A DNA stretch of 32,000 nt from Nostoc punctiforme PCC 73102 (GTDB lineage: Bacteria > Cyanobacteriota > Cyanobacteriia > Cyanobacteriales > Nostocaceae). The translations under genes were made by a program, and so were the position numbers. Positions within the stretch are counted from its first letter, which is position 1. The number at the start of each line of letters is the position of its first letter. The notes beneath the pieces were generated by a model that was not told the DNA's origin, made no database searches, and worked only from the letters and a program-made list of their open reading frames with translations. This document shows positions 1-8,195 of the stretch, in pieces. The DNA lies in assembly GCF_000020025.1 (NCBI RefSeq), contig NC_010628.1, positions 900,001-932,000 on the forward strand, in the 5' to 3' direction.

Positions 1-154
1 TGGTTCCAGGGTTAACGGGAACGGTTCCAGGGTTGACGGGAACGGTTCCAGGGTTGACGGGAACCGTTCCAGGGTTGACGGGAACCGTTCCAGGGTTAAC
101 GGGAGTGGTTCTGGGGTTAACGGGAGTGGTTCTGGGGTTAACGGGAGTGGTTCC
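1..154. repeat. Tandem array of a 21-nt quasi-palindromic unit (GGTTCCAGGGTT[G/A]ACGGGAAC). About 7 copies, running off the left edge, with one further copy at 294-314 beyond an inserted element.
   Basis: Direct reading: units start at 2, 23, 44, 65, 86, 107 and 128. Variants are G/C at the centre of GGAAC[G/C]GTTCC, GTTAAC vs GTTGAC, and AAC vs AGT at the unit end. Two + frames and one - frame are open, so coding status is unresolved. Confidence 0.9.
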
Positions 155-289
155 AATACGGTTCGATTAGTGATATTTTGCCCTGGAGATCCCCCCAACC
201 CCCCTTAAAAAGGGGGGCTTATAATCCTCTTTTACCCCCTTTTTAAGGGGGTCGCCGCAGGCGGGAGGATCTTAACCGAACCGTATTGG
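153..289. mobile_element. MITE-like non-autonomous element (~135 bp) inserted into the 21-nt array
   Basis: Perfect 13-bp terminal inverted repeat: CCAATACGGTTCG (153-165) and CGAACCGTATTGG (277-289). The interior holds two G/C-tract hairpins (CCCCCCTTAAAAAGGGGGG and ACCCCCTTTTTAAGGGGGT). No ORF. The array resumes after the element. Confidence 0.7.
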
Positions 290-357
290 GAGCGGTTCCA
301 GGGTTAACGGGAGCGGTATTACACCAATTCTCTGTGAATTAGCTACTTATTTATATT

Positions 358-3204
358 ATGAGTAATCAGCAAGAGCCAGAAAATTTACCCTTTGACAATG
401 AGCATTCATTGCAAACTTTAGTGCGGACAATTAGGCTTTCTCAGGGAGAATTTTCGCTGATTTTGCTGCGTTGTAATTATGCTGCTTTACGTAAGCGGAT
501 GGTAGAACGTCTGCGCCAATTATCTCCTGTACGCATTCATGAAATTACTTTACCTGCATCAGTTAAAACGCTTTACACAAATATTCGTGAACAATTGGGC
601 GATGAACAGCCACCAGCATTAATGATTTTTGGTTTGGAGTCTGTTAAAGATATTGATACAGTTCTGACTTCAGCTAACCAAGTACGGGAAGAGTTTAAAA
701 AGAACTTCTCGTTTCCGATCTTGTTATGGGTTAATGATTCAGTTCTGCAAAAATTTATTCGATTAGCAACTGATTTGGAGAATTGGGCAACTATCATTGA
801 GTTTGAAAACCCTACCGATGAGTTAGTAAATTTTCTTCAGCAAAAAAGTGATGAAATATTTGCTGATGAGGTAACGCCTAATCCCCAAATGTGCCGAGAA
901 CTAAAAACCGCCCGTCAGGATTTGCAAAATCGAGGAGAAGTATTAGAACCAGCACTTCAAGCAAGTTTAGAGTTTGTGCTTGGTTTAAATAATTATCTAC
1001 ATGACCAGATAGATGATGCTTTCGCAGATTATCAACACAGTTTGGGGTTTTGGCAAGAAAGTAACTATTTAGAACGACAAGGTATATTACTCGTTAATAT
1101 TGCTTTGGCGTATAATCGCCGAGCTGAAAAAAATCAGACAGAAAATCAACGCTATTGGCAAGAGTCTAAAAATTACCTTCAGCAAGCTATTGGAATTTTT
1201 GAACAAGCACAACGTTCAGATTTAGTTGCAAAATATATTACTAAACTGGGTGAAGTTCTGCGACATCTGCAAGCATGGATAGAGTTGCAAAGCCTTGTTG
1301 AAAAATCTCTGCCGCTACATCAGAATTATGGCACATCGTTGCAATTGGCTAAAGATTATGGTTTTTTGGCAGAGGTAGCTTTAGAGCAATCACGCTGGGA
1401 TGAAGCTAATCAACTCGCGAAGCAAACATTACAAATATTAGCTGATATACCTAATATTAAATCAGACGAATTTGGGCTGTATCGGTTTATTTTAGCCAAG
1501 TCGCAACAGGCTTTAGGTCAAGTTAAAGCAGCAATTAATAATTTAGAAGCTGCAAAAAAGGAAAGTAATCATCAGTACAACCCGCATTTATATATATCTA
1601 TATTAGAGAGGCTACGCTCACTCTACTTTGGGGAGGGTGAATATCTAAAAGCTTTTTATATTAAGCAAGAGCAATTACAAATTGAACAACAGTATGGTTT
1701 TCGCGCCTTTGTTGGTGCATCTTATCTTAATCCGCAACGACAGGCAATTAATTCTGCACAGTCGCAAGTGGAAAACCCGGAAACAATTGCTCAAGAAATT
1801 GCCGCTTCTGGGCGGGGACAAGATGTGAAGCGGTTGCGAGAAAGAATTGGCGGGACTGAGCATAAATTGACTGTAATTCATGGTCAATCAGGAGTGGGTA
1901 AAAGTTCAATTTTGCAGGGTGGGTTAATTCCGGCGCTGCAACAGCAAGCAATTGGTGAGCGAGATGCTTTACCTATTTTGTTGCGAGTTTATACAGATTG
2001 GGTGGGAATGTTGGGGCAGAGTTTGGCTAAGGCTTTTGAGGAAGTCAGAGGTAATGAATTATCTGCTAATTTTGATTCTTCAGCAGCTATTTTAGAACAA
2101 TTACGGAGAAATGCTGACCGGAATTTGTTGACGGTTTTAATGTTTGACCAGTTTGAGGAGTTTTTCTTTGTTTATCCCAACCAAAGTCAACGACGAGCAT
2201 TTTATGAGTTTTTGCGAGTTTGTCTTGATATTCCCTTTGTGAAAGTCATTCTGTCTTTGCGGGAAGATTATTTACATTATTTATTAGAGTTAGACCGTTT
2301 ATTTAATTTAACTGCAATTAATAATAATATTCTTGATAAAAATATTCGCTATTATTTGGGTAACTTTTCGTCCGCAGATGCTAAAGCAGTTGTGCAGAGT
2401 TTAACAGAACGCTCTCACTTTTATTTAGAACCTGCATTAATTGATGAATTAGTGCGGGATTTAGCAGGCGAGTTGGGGGAAGTACGCCCGATTGAGTTAC
2501 AAATTGTGGGCAAGCAACTGCAAACTGAGAAAATTACAACTTTAGAAAAGTATCGTCAGTTTGGTACTAAAGAAAAACTGGTTGAACGATTTCTAGAAGA
2601 AGTTATTCAAGATTGTGGTTTAGAGAATGAACAGGTTGCACAACTAGTTTTATATTTACTCACAGATGAAAATGGTACTCGTCCACTGAAGACTCGCGCT
2701 GAGTTAGCCGCAGATTTGGCAGCAGAAACCGAGAAACTGGATTTAGTATTAGAAATATTTGTCAAATCTAGGTTAGTGTTGCTATTACCCGAATCACCTG
2801 CTGACCGTTATCAACTGGTGCATGATTATTTAGTATCTCTTATTCGCCAGCATCAAGGAGATAAATTAATTACAGAGCTTGAAAAGGAAAAAACACGACG
2901 TAAGGTGAGTGAAGACAGATTAACTCGTGTAGTAAATGCAAATAACATATTGACAACAGCCCAACAGCAAGCAAAGCGGGAACCTCTAGAGCAAAAAATT
3001 AAGATTGGTTGGGTAATATTAATGATCTTGATTAAAGCTATTAGCATTGCAGGCTGTGTTTCTATTGTGCGTCTTTATGGCTTGCTGCAACCCTTAGAGT
3101 TAGCAGCTTACGATCAGATGATGCGATCACGCCCTGATGAGGGAGCCGATCCACGCCTGTTGGTAATAACAATTGACGATGACGATCTGGCAATTCAAAG
3201 ATAA
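358..3204 (+). CDS. TPR-repeat + nSTAND1-like P-loop NTPase with a coiled-coil, a TM helix and the first ~35 residues of a CHASE2 domain. Ends at an in-frame TAA; this is the N-terminal part of a split gene.
   Basis: 948-aa ORF. Walker A GQSGVGKSS (nt 1882-1908). Walker B-like LMFDQFEEFF (D at nt 2146). Helical TPR-like repeats in about aa 200-450. TM helix IGWVILMILIKAISIAGCVSIV. The C-terminal RPDEGADPRLLVITIDDDDL resembles the start of CHASE2. Confidence 0.75.
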   Translation: MSNQQEPENLPFDNEHSLQTLVRTIRLSQGEFSLILLRCNYAALRKRMVERLRQLSPVRIHEITLPASVKTLYTNIREQLGDEQPPALMIFGLESVKDIDTVLTSANQVREEFKKNFSFPILLWVNDSVLQKFIRLATDLENWATIIEFENPTDELVNFLQQKSDEIFADEVTPNPQMCRELKTARQDLQNRGEVLEPALQASLEFVLGLNNYLHDQIDDAFADYQHSLGFWQESNYLERQGILLVNIALAYNRRAEKNQTENQRYWQESKNYLQQAIGIFEQAQRSDLVAKYITKLGEVLRHLQAWIELQSLVEKSLPLHQNYGTSLQLAKDYGFLAEVALEQSRWDEANQLAKQTLQILADIPNIKSDEFGLYRFILAKSQQALGQVKAAINNLEAAKKESNHQYNPHLYISILERLRSLYFGEGEYLKAFYIKQEQLQIEQQYGFRAFVGASYLNPQRQAINSAQSQVENPETIAQEIAASGRGQDVKRLRERIGGTEHKLTVIHGQSGVGKSSILQGGLIPALQQQAIGERDALPILLRVYTDWVGMLGQSLAKAFEEVRGNELSANFDSSAAILEQLRRNADRNLLTVLMFDQFEEFFFVYPNQSQRRAFYEFLRVCLDIPFVKVILSLREDYLHYLLELDRLFNLTAINNNILDKNIRYYLGNFSSADAKAVVQSLTERSHFYLEPALIDELVRDLAGELGEVRPIELQIVGKQLQTEKITTLEKYRQFGTKEKLVERFLEEVIQDCGLENEQVAQLVLYLLTDENGTRPLKTRAELAADLAAETEKLDLVLEIFVKSRLVLLLPESPADRYQLVHDYLVSLIRQHQGDKLITELEKEKTRRKVSEDRLTRVVNANNILTTAQQQAKREPLEQKIKIGWVILMILIKAISIAGCVSIVRLYGLLQPLELAAYDQMMRSRPDEGADPRLLVITIDDDDLAIQR
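3202..3204 (+). other. In-frame TAA separating two halves of one reading frame
   Basis: 358 and 3217 are in the same frame (both are 1 mod 3). The sequence reads caa aga TAA aat ggt gag tct ttg atc, so only 4 codons separate the stop from the TTG that the ORF track uses as a start. Confidence 0.9.
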
Positions 3205-3216
3205 AATGGTGAGTCT

Positions 3217-4653
3217 TTGATCGGAGCTTCTATTTCTGAGAAATCTTTAGATAAACTCCTGGTAAAACTAAACCAGCAAAAACCTCGTGCGATCGGCTTG
3301 GATATTTATCGTGATTTTCCGGCTGAAGATAAAAATTTAATTAGTCGTCTCAAACAGACTCAAAAGTTGATTGGAATATGCAAGGGGAGTGATACAACAA
3401 ATATCCAAGGCATTAAACCACCGCCAGAAATCCCCATAGTCAACCTGGGATTCAATGACTTTGTTCGCGATCGTGATGCGGTTATACGTCGGTATCTTCT
3501 GTTTATGAACCCAGAAGTTACATCGTTATGTCCTGCTTCCTATGCGTTTAGTCTACAACTGACTTTCCTCTATCTCCAATCCTTTGAAATTCGACCCCAA
3601 TTCACTCGTGCAGGGAATTTTCAGCTAGGCAATACTGTTTTTGAAAACTTTTCTCCCCGTAGTAGCTATAATATCGATCCCAATGGCGGTCAAATCTTAC
3701 TTAACTATCGTTCATCAAAGTACATAGCCGAACAGGTAACGCTAACCCAATTTTTATCTAGTCCAGTAAACTCCAGTCCTGCCAAAGACCGGATTGTTCT
3801 AATTGGTTCGGTGGCAAAGGGGGATTTTCCAGATACCTGGGCTACGCCCTATGGATCTCCCTTGAACGAGCAAATGCCAGGAGTATTAGTACAAGCGCAA
3901 ATGGTTAGCCAAATACTCAGTACAGTGTTAGATAACCGACCTTTAATCAAAATCTTGCCTGAACTAATGGAATGGTTGTGGATCTTTGGCTGGTCAACGG
4001 TAGGAGCTAGTATTAGCTTAGGGTTATGGAGATTGCGTTTTACACAACTATCAACTCCCAGTATTTTAATAACAATGACTTGCCTTGCTGGTATCTGTTA
4101 TTTGGCTCTTATGCTAGGTTGGTGGTTACCTCTAATTCCTGCAATGGTAACGCTACTAAGCTCTATGATTCCTATGCCAGTAGTACCTAGCTATCCTTTA
4201 GATCAACTCGACTTTCAGCGTACTTTAGAGTTAATAATAGAAGCTTATGATGGAAATTTAGCTGATGCTCGCGTAGCTGTTGGATATCTTATCAACTCCA
4301 GTCCCAGGAAAAGACCTGCTATTCAAGGATTAATTAGTGTTGCGATGGATGCGCTTAATTCTTGTCAGACAATTGAAGGCATAGCTACCGTTGCCAATCA
4401 GTTAGCCTGGATTCCCTCACCATTACCAAAGGCTATTAACTCTGTACTTCCCCTATTTTTGCAAATTAGCCAAGGAGTACGAACTGCTTTGGATGTTACG
4501 CCAGTAGTCCGTCAGCGCGAATTGCTTAACGAGTCGATAAATGCCTTGCGCTTTTTGTCAGCAAGTTTAGCTTCAGAAAGCTTTAGCCGTGAAGCTGCGA
4601 CTTTCAGAAGTATTGCGTTAGACTGGATAATAATTCTAATATATTCAGACTAA
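3217..4653 (+). CDS. CHASE2 extracytoplasmic sensor domain + 3 TM helices + ~150-aa C-terminal helical region. This is the C-terminal part of the split gene; no convincing start codon or RBS of its own.
   Basis: KPRAIGLDIYRDF and the following ~230 aa fit CHASE2. TM segments are LMEWLWIFGWSTVGASISLGLW, ILITMTCLAGICYLALMLGWW and LPLIPAMVTLLSSMI. Same frame as 358-3204. Confidence 0.7.
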   Translation: MIGASISEKSLDKLLVKLNQQKPRAIGLDIYRDFPAEDKNLISRLKQTQKLIGICKGSDTTNIQGIKPPPEIPIVNLGFNDFVRDRDAVIRRYLLFMNPEVTSLCPASYAFSLQLTFLYLQSFEIRPQFTRAGNFQLGNTVFENFSPRSSYNIDPNGGQILLNYRSSKYIAEQVTLTQFLSSPVNSSPAKDRIVLIGSVAKGDFPDTWATPYGSPLNEQMPGVLVQAQMVSQILSTVLDNRPLIKILPELMEWLWIFGWSTVGASISLGLWRLRFTQLSTPSILITMTCLAGICYLALMLGWWLPLIPAMVTLLSSMIPMPVVPSYPLDQLDFQRTLELIIEAYDGNLADARVAVGYLINSSPRKRPAIQGLISVAMDALNSCQTIEGIATVANQLAWIPSPLPKAINSVLPLFLQISQGVRTALDVTPVVRQRELLNESINALRFLSASLASESFSREAATFRSIALDWIIILIYSD

Positions 4654-4883
4654 GCAATTAATATATAACATATAACACTTTTTTATACACTTCACTGTGC
4701 TATGTCAGGCTGCATGATTATCTGAAAAATAACTCGAAAGTGAGTCAGAGCGATCGCAATCTCTGCGACGATATCAAGTAAAAGCCAATCTCTTCTCTAA
4801 CCTCCTTCTCCTCTGTTGGGACGATGAAGTAAATTATTTGCCATGCCATCATCAATGAAACAAAACGTCAGTTGAGGTTTTTC

Positions 4884-5552
4884 ATGGCATTAGAAGGAGT
4901 GATTTTAGATGTTGATGGCACACTGGTATTAAGTAATGATGTTCATGCAAATTCTTGGGTAGAGGCATTTGCAGCTTATGGGTTAGAAGTGCCATTTGAA
5001 AAAGTCAGACCACTTATAGGTATGGGTGGAGATCAACTTATTCCCAAAGTAACGCCAGGATTAAATAATGAAGAAGGAACTGGCAAAGCGATCGCCGAGC
5101 GACGCAAAGAACTTATATTGAACAAATATACACGGCAAATTACTGCTGCCAATGGTAGCAGAGACTTAATATTAAAGATGCAAAAATCGGGATTGCATCT
5201 TGTTGTTGCTAGTTCAGCAAGTTCTCAAGAACTAGATATATTACTTAAAATTGCCCAAGTAGATGATTTAATATCGGAAGTAACTACATCCGATGATGCG
5301 GAAGCATCTAAACCTGCTCCTGACATTGTACAAGCCGCCTTGAAAAAAGGAAAAATGGCACCCGATCGAGTAGTGATGCTAGGAGATTCTCCCTATGATA
5401 TTGAGTCTGCCGGTAAAGCAGGGGTAGGCGTGATTGCTTTGCGTTGCGGTGGCTTTAGTGATGAACAACTGTCTCAAGCGCTGGCAATTTATAACGATCC
5501 AGAAGATTTGCTACAGCACTATGACTCTTCTATCCTGGGCACAAATGCTTAA
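4884..5552 (+). CDS. HAD-superfamily hydrolase (phosphatase, phosphoglycolate-phosphatase-like)
   Basis: Motif I DVDGTLV, motif II VVASSAS, motif III/IV K...GDSPYDI. ATG at 4884 is preceded by GAGG at 4874-4877. The track start at TTG 4872 is less likely. Confidence 0.85.
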   Translation: MALEGVILDVDGTLVLSNDVHANSWVEAFAAYGLEVPFEKVRPLIGMGGDQLIPKVTPGLNNEEGTGKAIAERRKELILNKYTRQITAANGSRDLILKMQKSGLHLVVASSASSQELDILLKIAQVDDLISEVTTSDDAEASKPAPDIVQAALKKGKMAPDRVVMLGDSPYDIESAGKAGVGVIALRCGGFSDEQLSQALAIYNDPEDLLQHYDSSILGTNA

Positions 5553-5605
5553 ATAATCACATCGACTCTGCGGGTAGTAAGGGAGACGGCAGCCACTCTA
5601 ACAAA

Positions 5606-5630
5606 TATTCCCAGTCTGAGACTGGGAATA
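5606..5630. terminator. Bidirectional hairpin between the convergent HAD and sulfur-carrier genes
   Basis: TATTCCCAGTC (5606-5616), loop TGA, GACTGGGAATA (5620-5630): a perfect 11-bp stem. Confidence 0.5.
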
Positions 5631-5688
5631 AGGTAAATTATCAAAGGTTTGTCTACTCAGTCTTCTAATTTATTTGGTGTTCTCTGTA

Positions 5689-5964
5689 TTAACCACCAGC
5701 AACAGCAGGGACAATACTTACTTCATCGCCATCTTTCAGGGTTGTGTTGATACCATCTAAATAGCGGATATCTTCGCTATCGACGTAAAAATTTACAAAC
5801 CGACGTAGCTTTCCTTCGTCATCGCACAACCGGGATTTAATACCAGGAAAGCTTTGTTCTAAGGAATCCAACAATTCAGCAATGGTGCTACCGTTAGATT
5901 CTAGAGTAGCTTGATTATTAGTCAAATTTTGAAGAGTCGTAGGAACTAAAACTGTTACAGCCAT
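5689..5964 (-). CDS. MoaD/ThiS-family sulfur-carrier protein, CysO-like, with a C-terminal Gly-Gly
   Basis: 91 aa ending VSIVPAVAGG. RFVNFYVDSEDIRYL...GDEVSIVPAVAGG closely resembles the mycobacterial CysO C-terminal half, as I recall it. Confidence 0.85.
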   Translation of the reverse strand: MAVTVLVPTTLQNLTNNQATLESNGSTIAELLDSLEQSFPGIKSRLCDDEGKLRRFVNFYVDSEDIRYLDGINTTLKDGDEVSIVPAVAGG

Positions 5965-6044
5965 AAAAATTCAGAGTGAAGAGTTAGGAATACAGTTAAG
6001 AGTTAAGAGTCATGAGTAAAAAACTCATAACTCATAGCTTTTAA

Positions 6045-7355
6045 CTAAACGAGGACTTGTTGCCATTCCAAGCGATCGAGAGTACGCGATCGCTCTAGGG
6101 CGCGTTCAAAACTATCCAGTTTAGCATCAATAGTCAAGGGTTCACCAACATAGCCTTGGATTGCTTCTTGGGTTTTCAAACCATTGCCGGTGATGTAAAT
6201 CACGGTAGTTTCATCTGGATCGATTTTGCCAGCTTCTACCAGTTTTTTCAGCACGGCCACGGTTGTACCACCAGCCGTTTCTGTGAAGATGCCTTCGGTT
6301 TCTGCCAGCAACTTGATGCCATCAATAATTTCTGCATCATTGACTGATTCAATGTTACCACCAGTTTTCTGAGCTAACTCCACAGCATAAATACCGTCTG
6401 CTGGATTACCGATCGCTAGCGATTTCGCAATTGTATTTGGTTTAACTGGTTTAATAAAGTCGCGTCCTTCTTTGAAAGCTTGGGCAATGGGCGAACAACC
6501 TTCTGCTTGAGCACCACTGAAACGGACTTTCTTGTCTTCTACTAAACCAACTTCTATAAATTCTTGGAAACCCTTATAAATTTTTGTAAACAGCGAACCA
6601 GATGCCAAAGGAGCAACAACATGATCGGGTAGTTCCCAGCCTAGTTGTTCAGCAACTTCAAAACCTAGCGTCTTGGAACCTTCAGAGTAATAAGGGCGCA
6701 GATTAATATTGACAAAACCCCAGCCATGTGTATTGGCAACTTCCGAACAGAGACGGTTTACTTGATCGTAGTTACCCTTGACCGCCATCAGCGTTGGGCT
6801 GTAGATCAGGCTACCGATAATTTTACCGGCTTCTAAATCTGCGGGGATGAACACACAGCAGTCTAAACCGGCATGAGCTGCGATCGCAGCTGTAGAATTT
6901 GCCAAGTTACCGGTACTAGCGCAAGAAACAGTAGTAAAACCCAACTCCCGCGCCCTAGACAGAGCAACTGATACTACCCGATCCTTAAAGCTAAGGGTGG
7001 GCATATTAACCGCATCATTTTTTATATAAAGCTTATTTAGACCCAGGCGACGGGCAAGACGGTGAGAACGAACCAAGGGAGTCATCCCCGTTCCCACATC
7101 TATAACATTGTCAGTTGCGACAGGCAAAAAGGGACGGTAGCGCCAAATTGAATTGGGCCCAGCTTGAATTGTTTCACGAGTGACAGTCAGACGGAGAGCG
7201 CTGTAGTCATACTTGACTTCTAACGGCCCAAAACATAACTCACAAACATTACTGGCTTTGAGTTCATATTCGGCACCACATTCTTTACACTTTAAGGCTT
7301 GAAAGTAGGCAGTGCTGGTTTGGGTTTGAGTTTGGGTTTTGATGGCCTGAGTCAT
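6045..7355 (-). CDS. thrC: Threonine-synthase-family PLP enzyme with an N-terminal CxxC...CxxC zinc ribbon
   Basis: 436 aa. PLP-lysine motif PTLSFKDR. Zn-ribbon CKECGAEYELKASNVCELC. Gly-rich GTGNLANS-type loop (ASTGNLANS). Confidence 0.85.
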   Translation of the reverse strand: MTQAIKTQTQTQTSTAYFQALKCKECGAEYELKASNVCELCFGPLEVKYDYSALRLTVTRETIQAGPNSIWRYRPFLPVATDNVIDVGTGMTPLVRSHRLARRLGLNKLYIKNDAVNMPTLSFKDRVVSVALSRARELGFTTVSCASTGNLANSTAAIAAHAGLDCCVFIPADLEAGKIIGSLIYSPTLMAVKGNYDQVNRLCSEVANTHGWGFVNINLRPYYSEGSKTLGFEVAEQLGWELPDHVVAPLASGSLFTKIYKGFQEFIEVGLVEDKKVRFSGAQAEGCSPIAQAFKEGRDFIKPVKPNTIAKSLAIGNPADGIYAVELAQKTGGNIESVNDAEIIDGIKLLAETEGIFTETAGGTTVAVLKKLVEAGKIDPDETTVIYITGNGLKTQEAIQGYVGEPLTIDAKLDSFERALERSRTLDRLEWQQVLV

Positions 7356-7424
7356 AAACTAGCTTTCCCTGTTTGTCTGTCGGCTGTCGCCTGATAGTAA
7401 CACGAGCAAAAATACCAGTCAAAC

Positions 7425-7449
7425 ATACCCGACTAAAAATGTCGGGTAT
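7425..7449 (-). promoter_or_regulatory. Hairpin in the presumed 5' leader of the thrC-like gene
   Basis: ATACCCGAC (7425-7433) pairs with GTCGGGTAT (7441-7449), with a 7-nt A/T loop. It lies ~70 nt upstream of the start codon at 7355. Function unknown. Confidence 0.25.
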
Positions 7450-8001
7450 TCTTAGTATTGGAAAAACTGATTTTTGTAAAATTTTTATGACCGTAATCGT
7501 AGTATCAAGTATTTACACTTACATTTATTTGTTTCAAAATTAGATAAAAACTTCAGTTATTCAGTTTTAACACTGAGTATTCATATAATTAAATTGCATA
7601 TTATCCATGAGTTATTTGCATTTTGCTCAATTAGCATCACTTTATTTAGTGATCCAGATCACTGAGGTGATTTTTTATTTCTTTATACCAATTACTCCAC
7701 ATGGTACTATGCATACATGGCAGCAAATATTCAAAAGTGCTTTTATATATAGATTGTGGTGTGTTTTACTTCCGTTTTAAACACTAAAATTGCTATGTGT
7801 GTCGCCAAAATAAAGTTAATTTTTCAGCCTTGATGCACTCATCCATCGCTAGAGAAGTTACTTATTTATACGGAAGTTTTTTTTTGGCATAAAAGCTACA
7901 TTGTTATTTACATCGAAGATTCAGCAGGACACAGTAGTAAGTTACCCATATTTACGATTGCTAACCTTGATAATCAACGGTAAGCGTAAAACATACAACA
8001 A

Positions 8002-8136
8002 GAGGCAATAGCTTTTCTGCCTATTGCCTCAATCTAGTTCTTCAGGAGTAGCCAATAAATTAACTCCTCATATATACATTGCCCAAAACCTTAAGGCTTT
8101 GGGCAAGTCTAGTCGGTAATTCTTTAAAGAATTGCC
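8002..8136 (+). promoter_or_regulatory. Four consecutive stem-loops or palindromes in the leader of the first cluster gene
   Basis: (1) GAGGCAATAG/CTATTGCCTC, 8002-8030, perfect 10 bp. (2) AGGAGT/ACTCCT, 8044-8068. (3) GCCCAAAACC/GGCTTTGGGC, 8081-8104, 9 of 10 bp with a TTAA loop. (4) GGTAATTCTTTAAAGAATTGCC palindrome, 8115-8136. Confidence 0.4.
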
Positions 8137-8195
8137 GAACTTTATCCTGTCTCAAAACCCAAGATACAAGTTCAGCAAATAAACAAACTACTTTT

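Noticed and set aside
1-154. CRISPR array interpretation of the tandem repeats (also 24588-24856)
   Set aside because: The units are directly adjacent with no unique spacers, the period is only 21 nt, and no cas genes are present.
159-170. tRNA-like T-arm sequence GGTTCGATT
   Set aside because: It is part of the MITE terminal repeat. No acceptor stem, anticodon stem or D-arm can be folded around it.
573-3047. Minus-strand ORFs inside the STAND gene (573-797, 1675-1887, 1748-1951, 2853-3047)
   Set aside because: They lie antisense to a long ORF with clear P-loop motifs, and have no signals of their own.
7704-7716. NtcA-like GTA-N-TAC site upstream of the cluster
   Set aside because: The spacer is 7 nt rather than the canonical 8, and no properly placed -10 box was evident.
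7607-7780. 57-aa hydrophobic ORF (MSYLHFAQLASLYLVIQ...) in the AT-rich leader
   Set aside because: The F/Y/I/L-rich composition is what AT-rich DNA would give by chance. It has no RBS and overlaps palindromic motifs. It cannot be excluded as a small membrane peptide, but it is unsupported.
8079-8195. TTG-initiated 39-codon N-terminal extension of the first cluster ORF
   Set aside because: The extension overlaps perfect hairpins and palindromes and has no signal-peptide character. A typical n-h-c signal peptide begins at the ATG at 8196.
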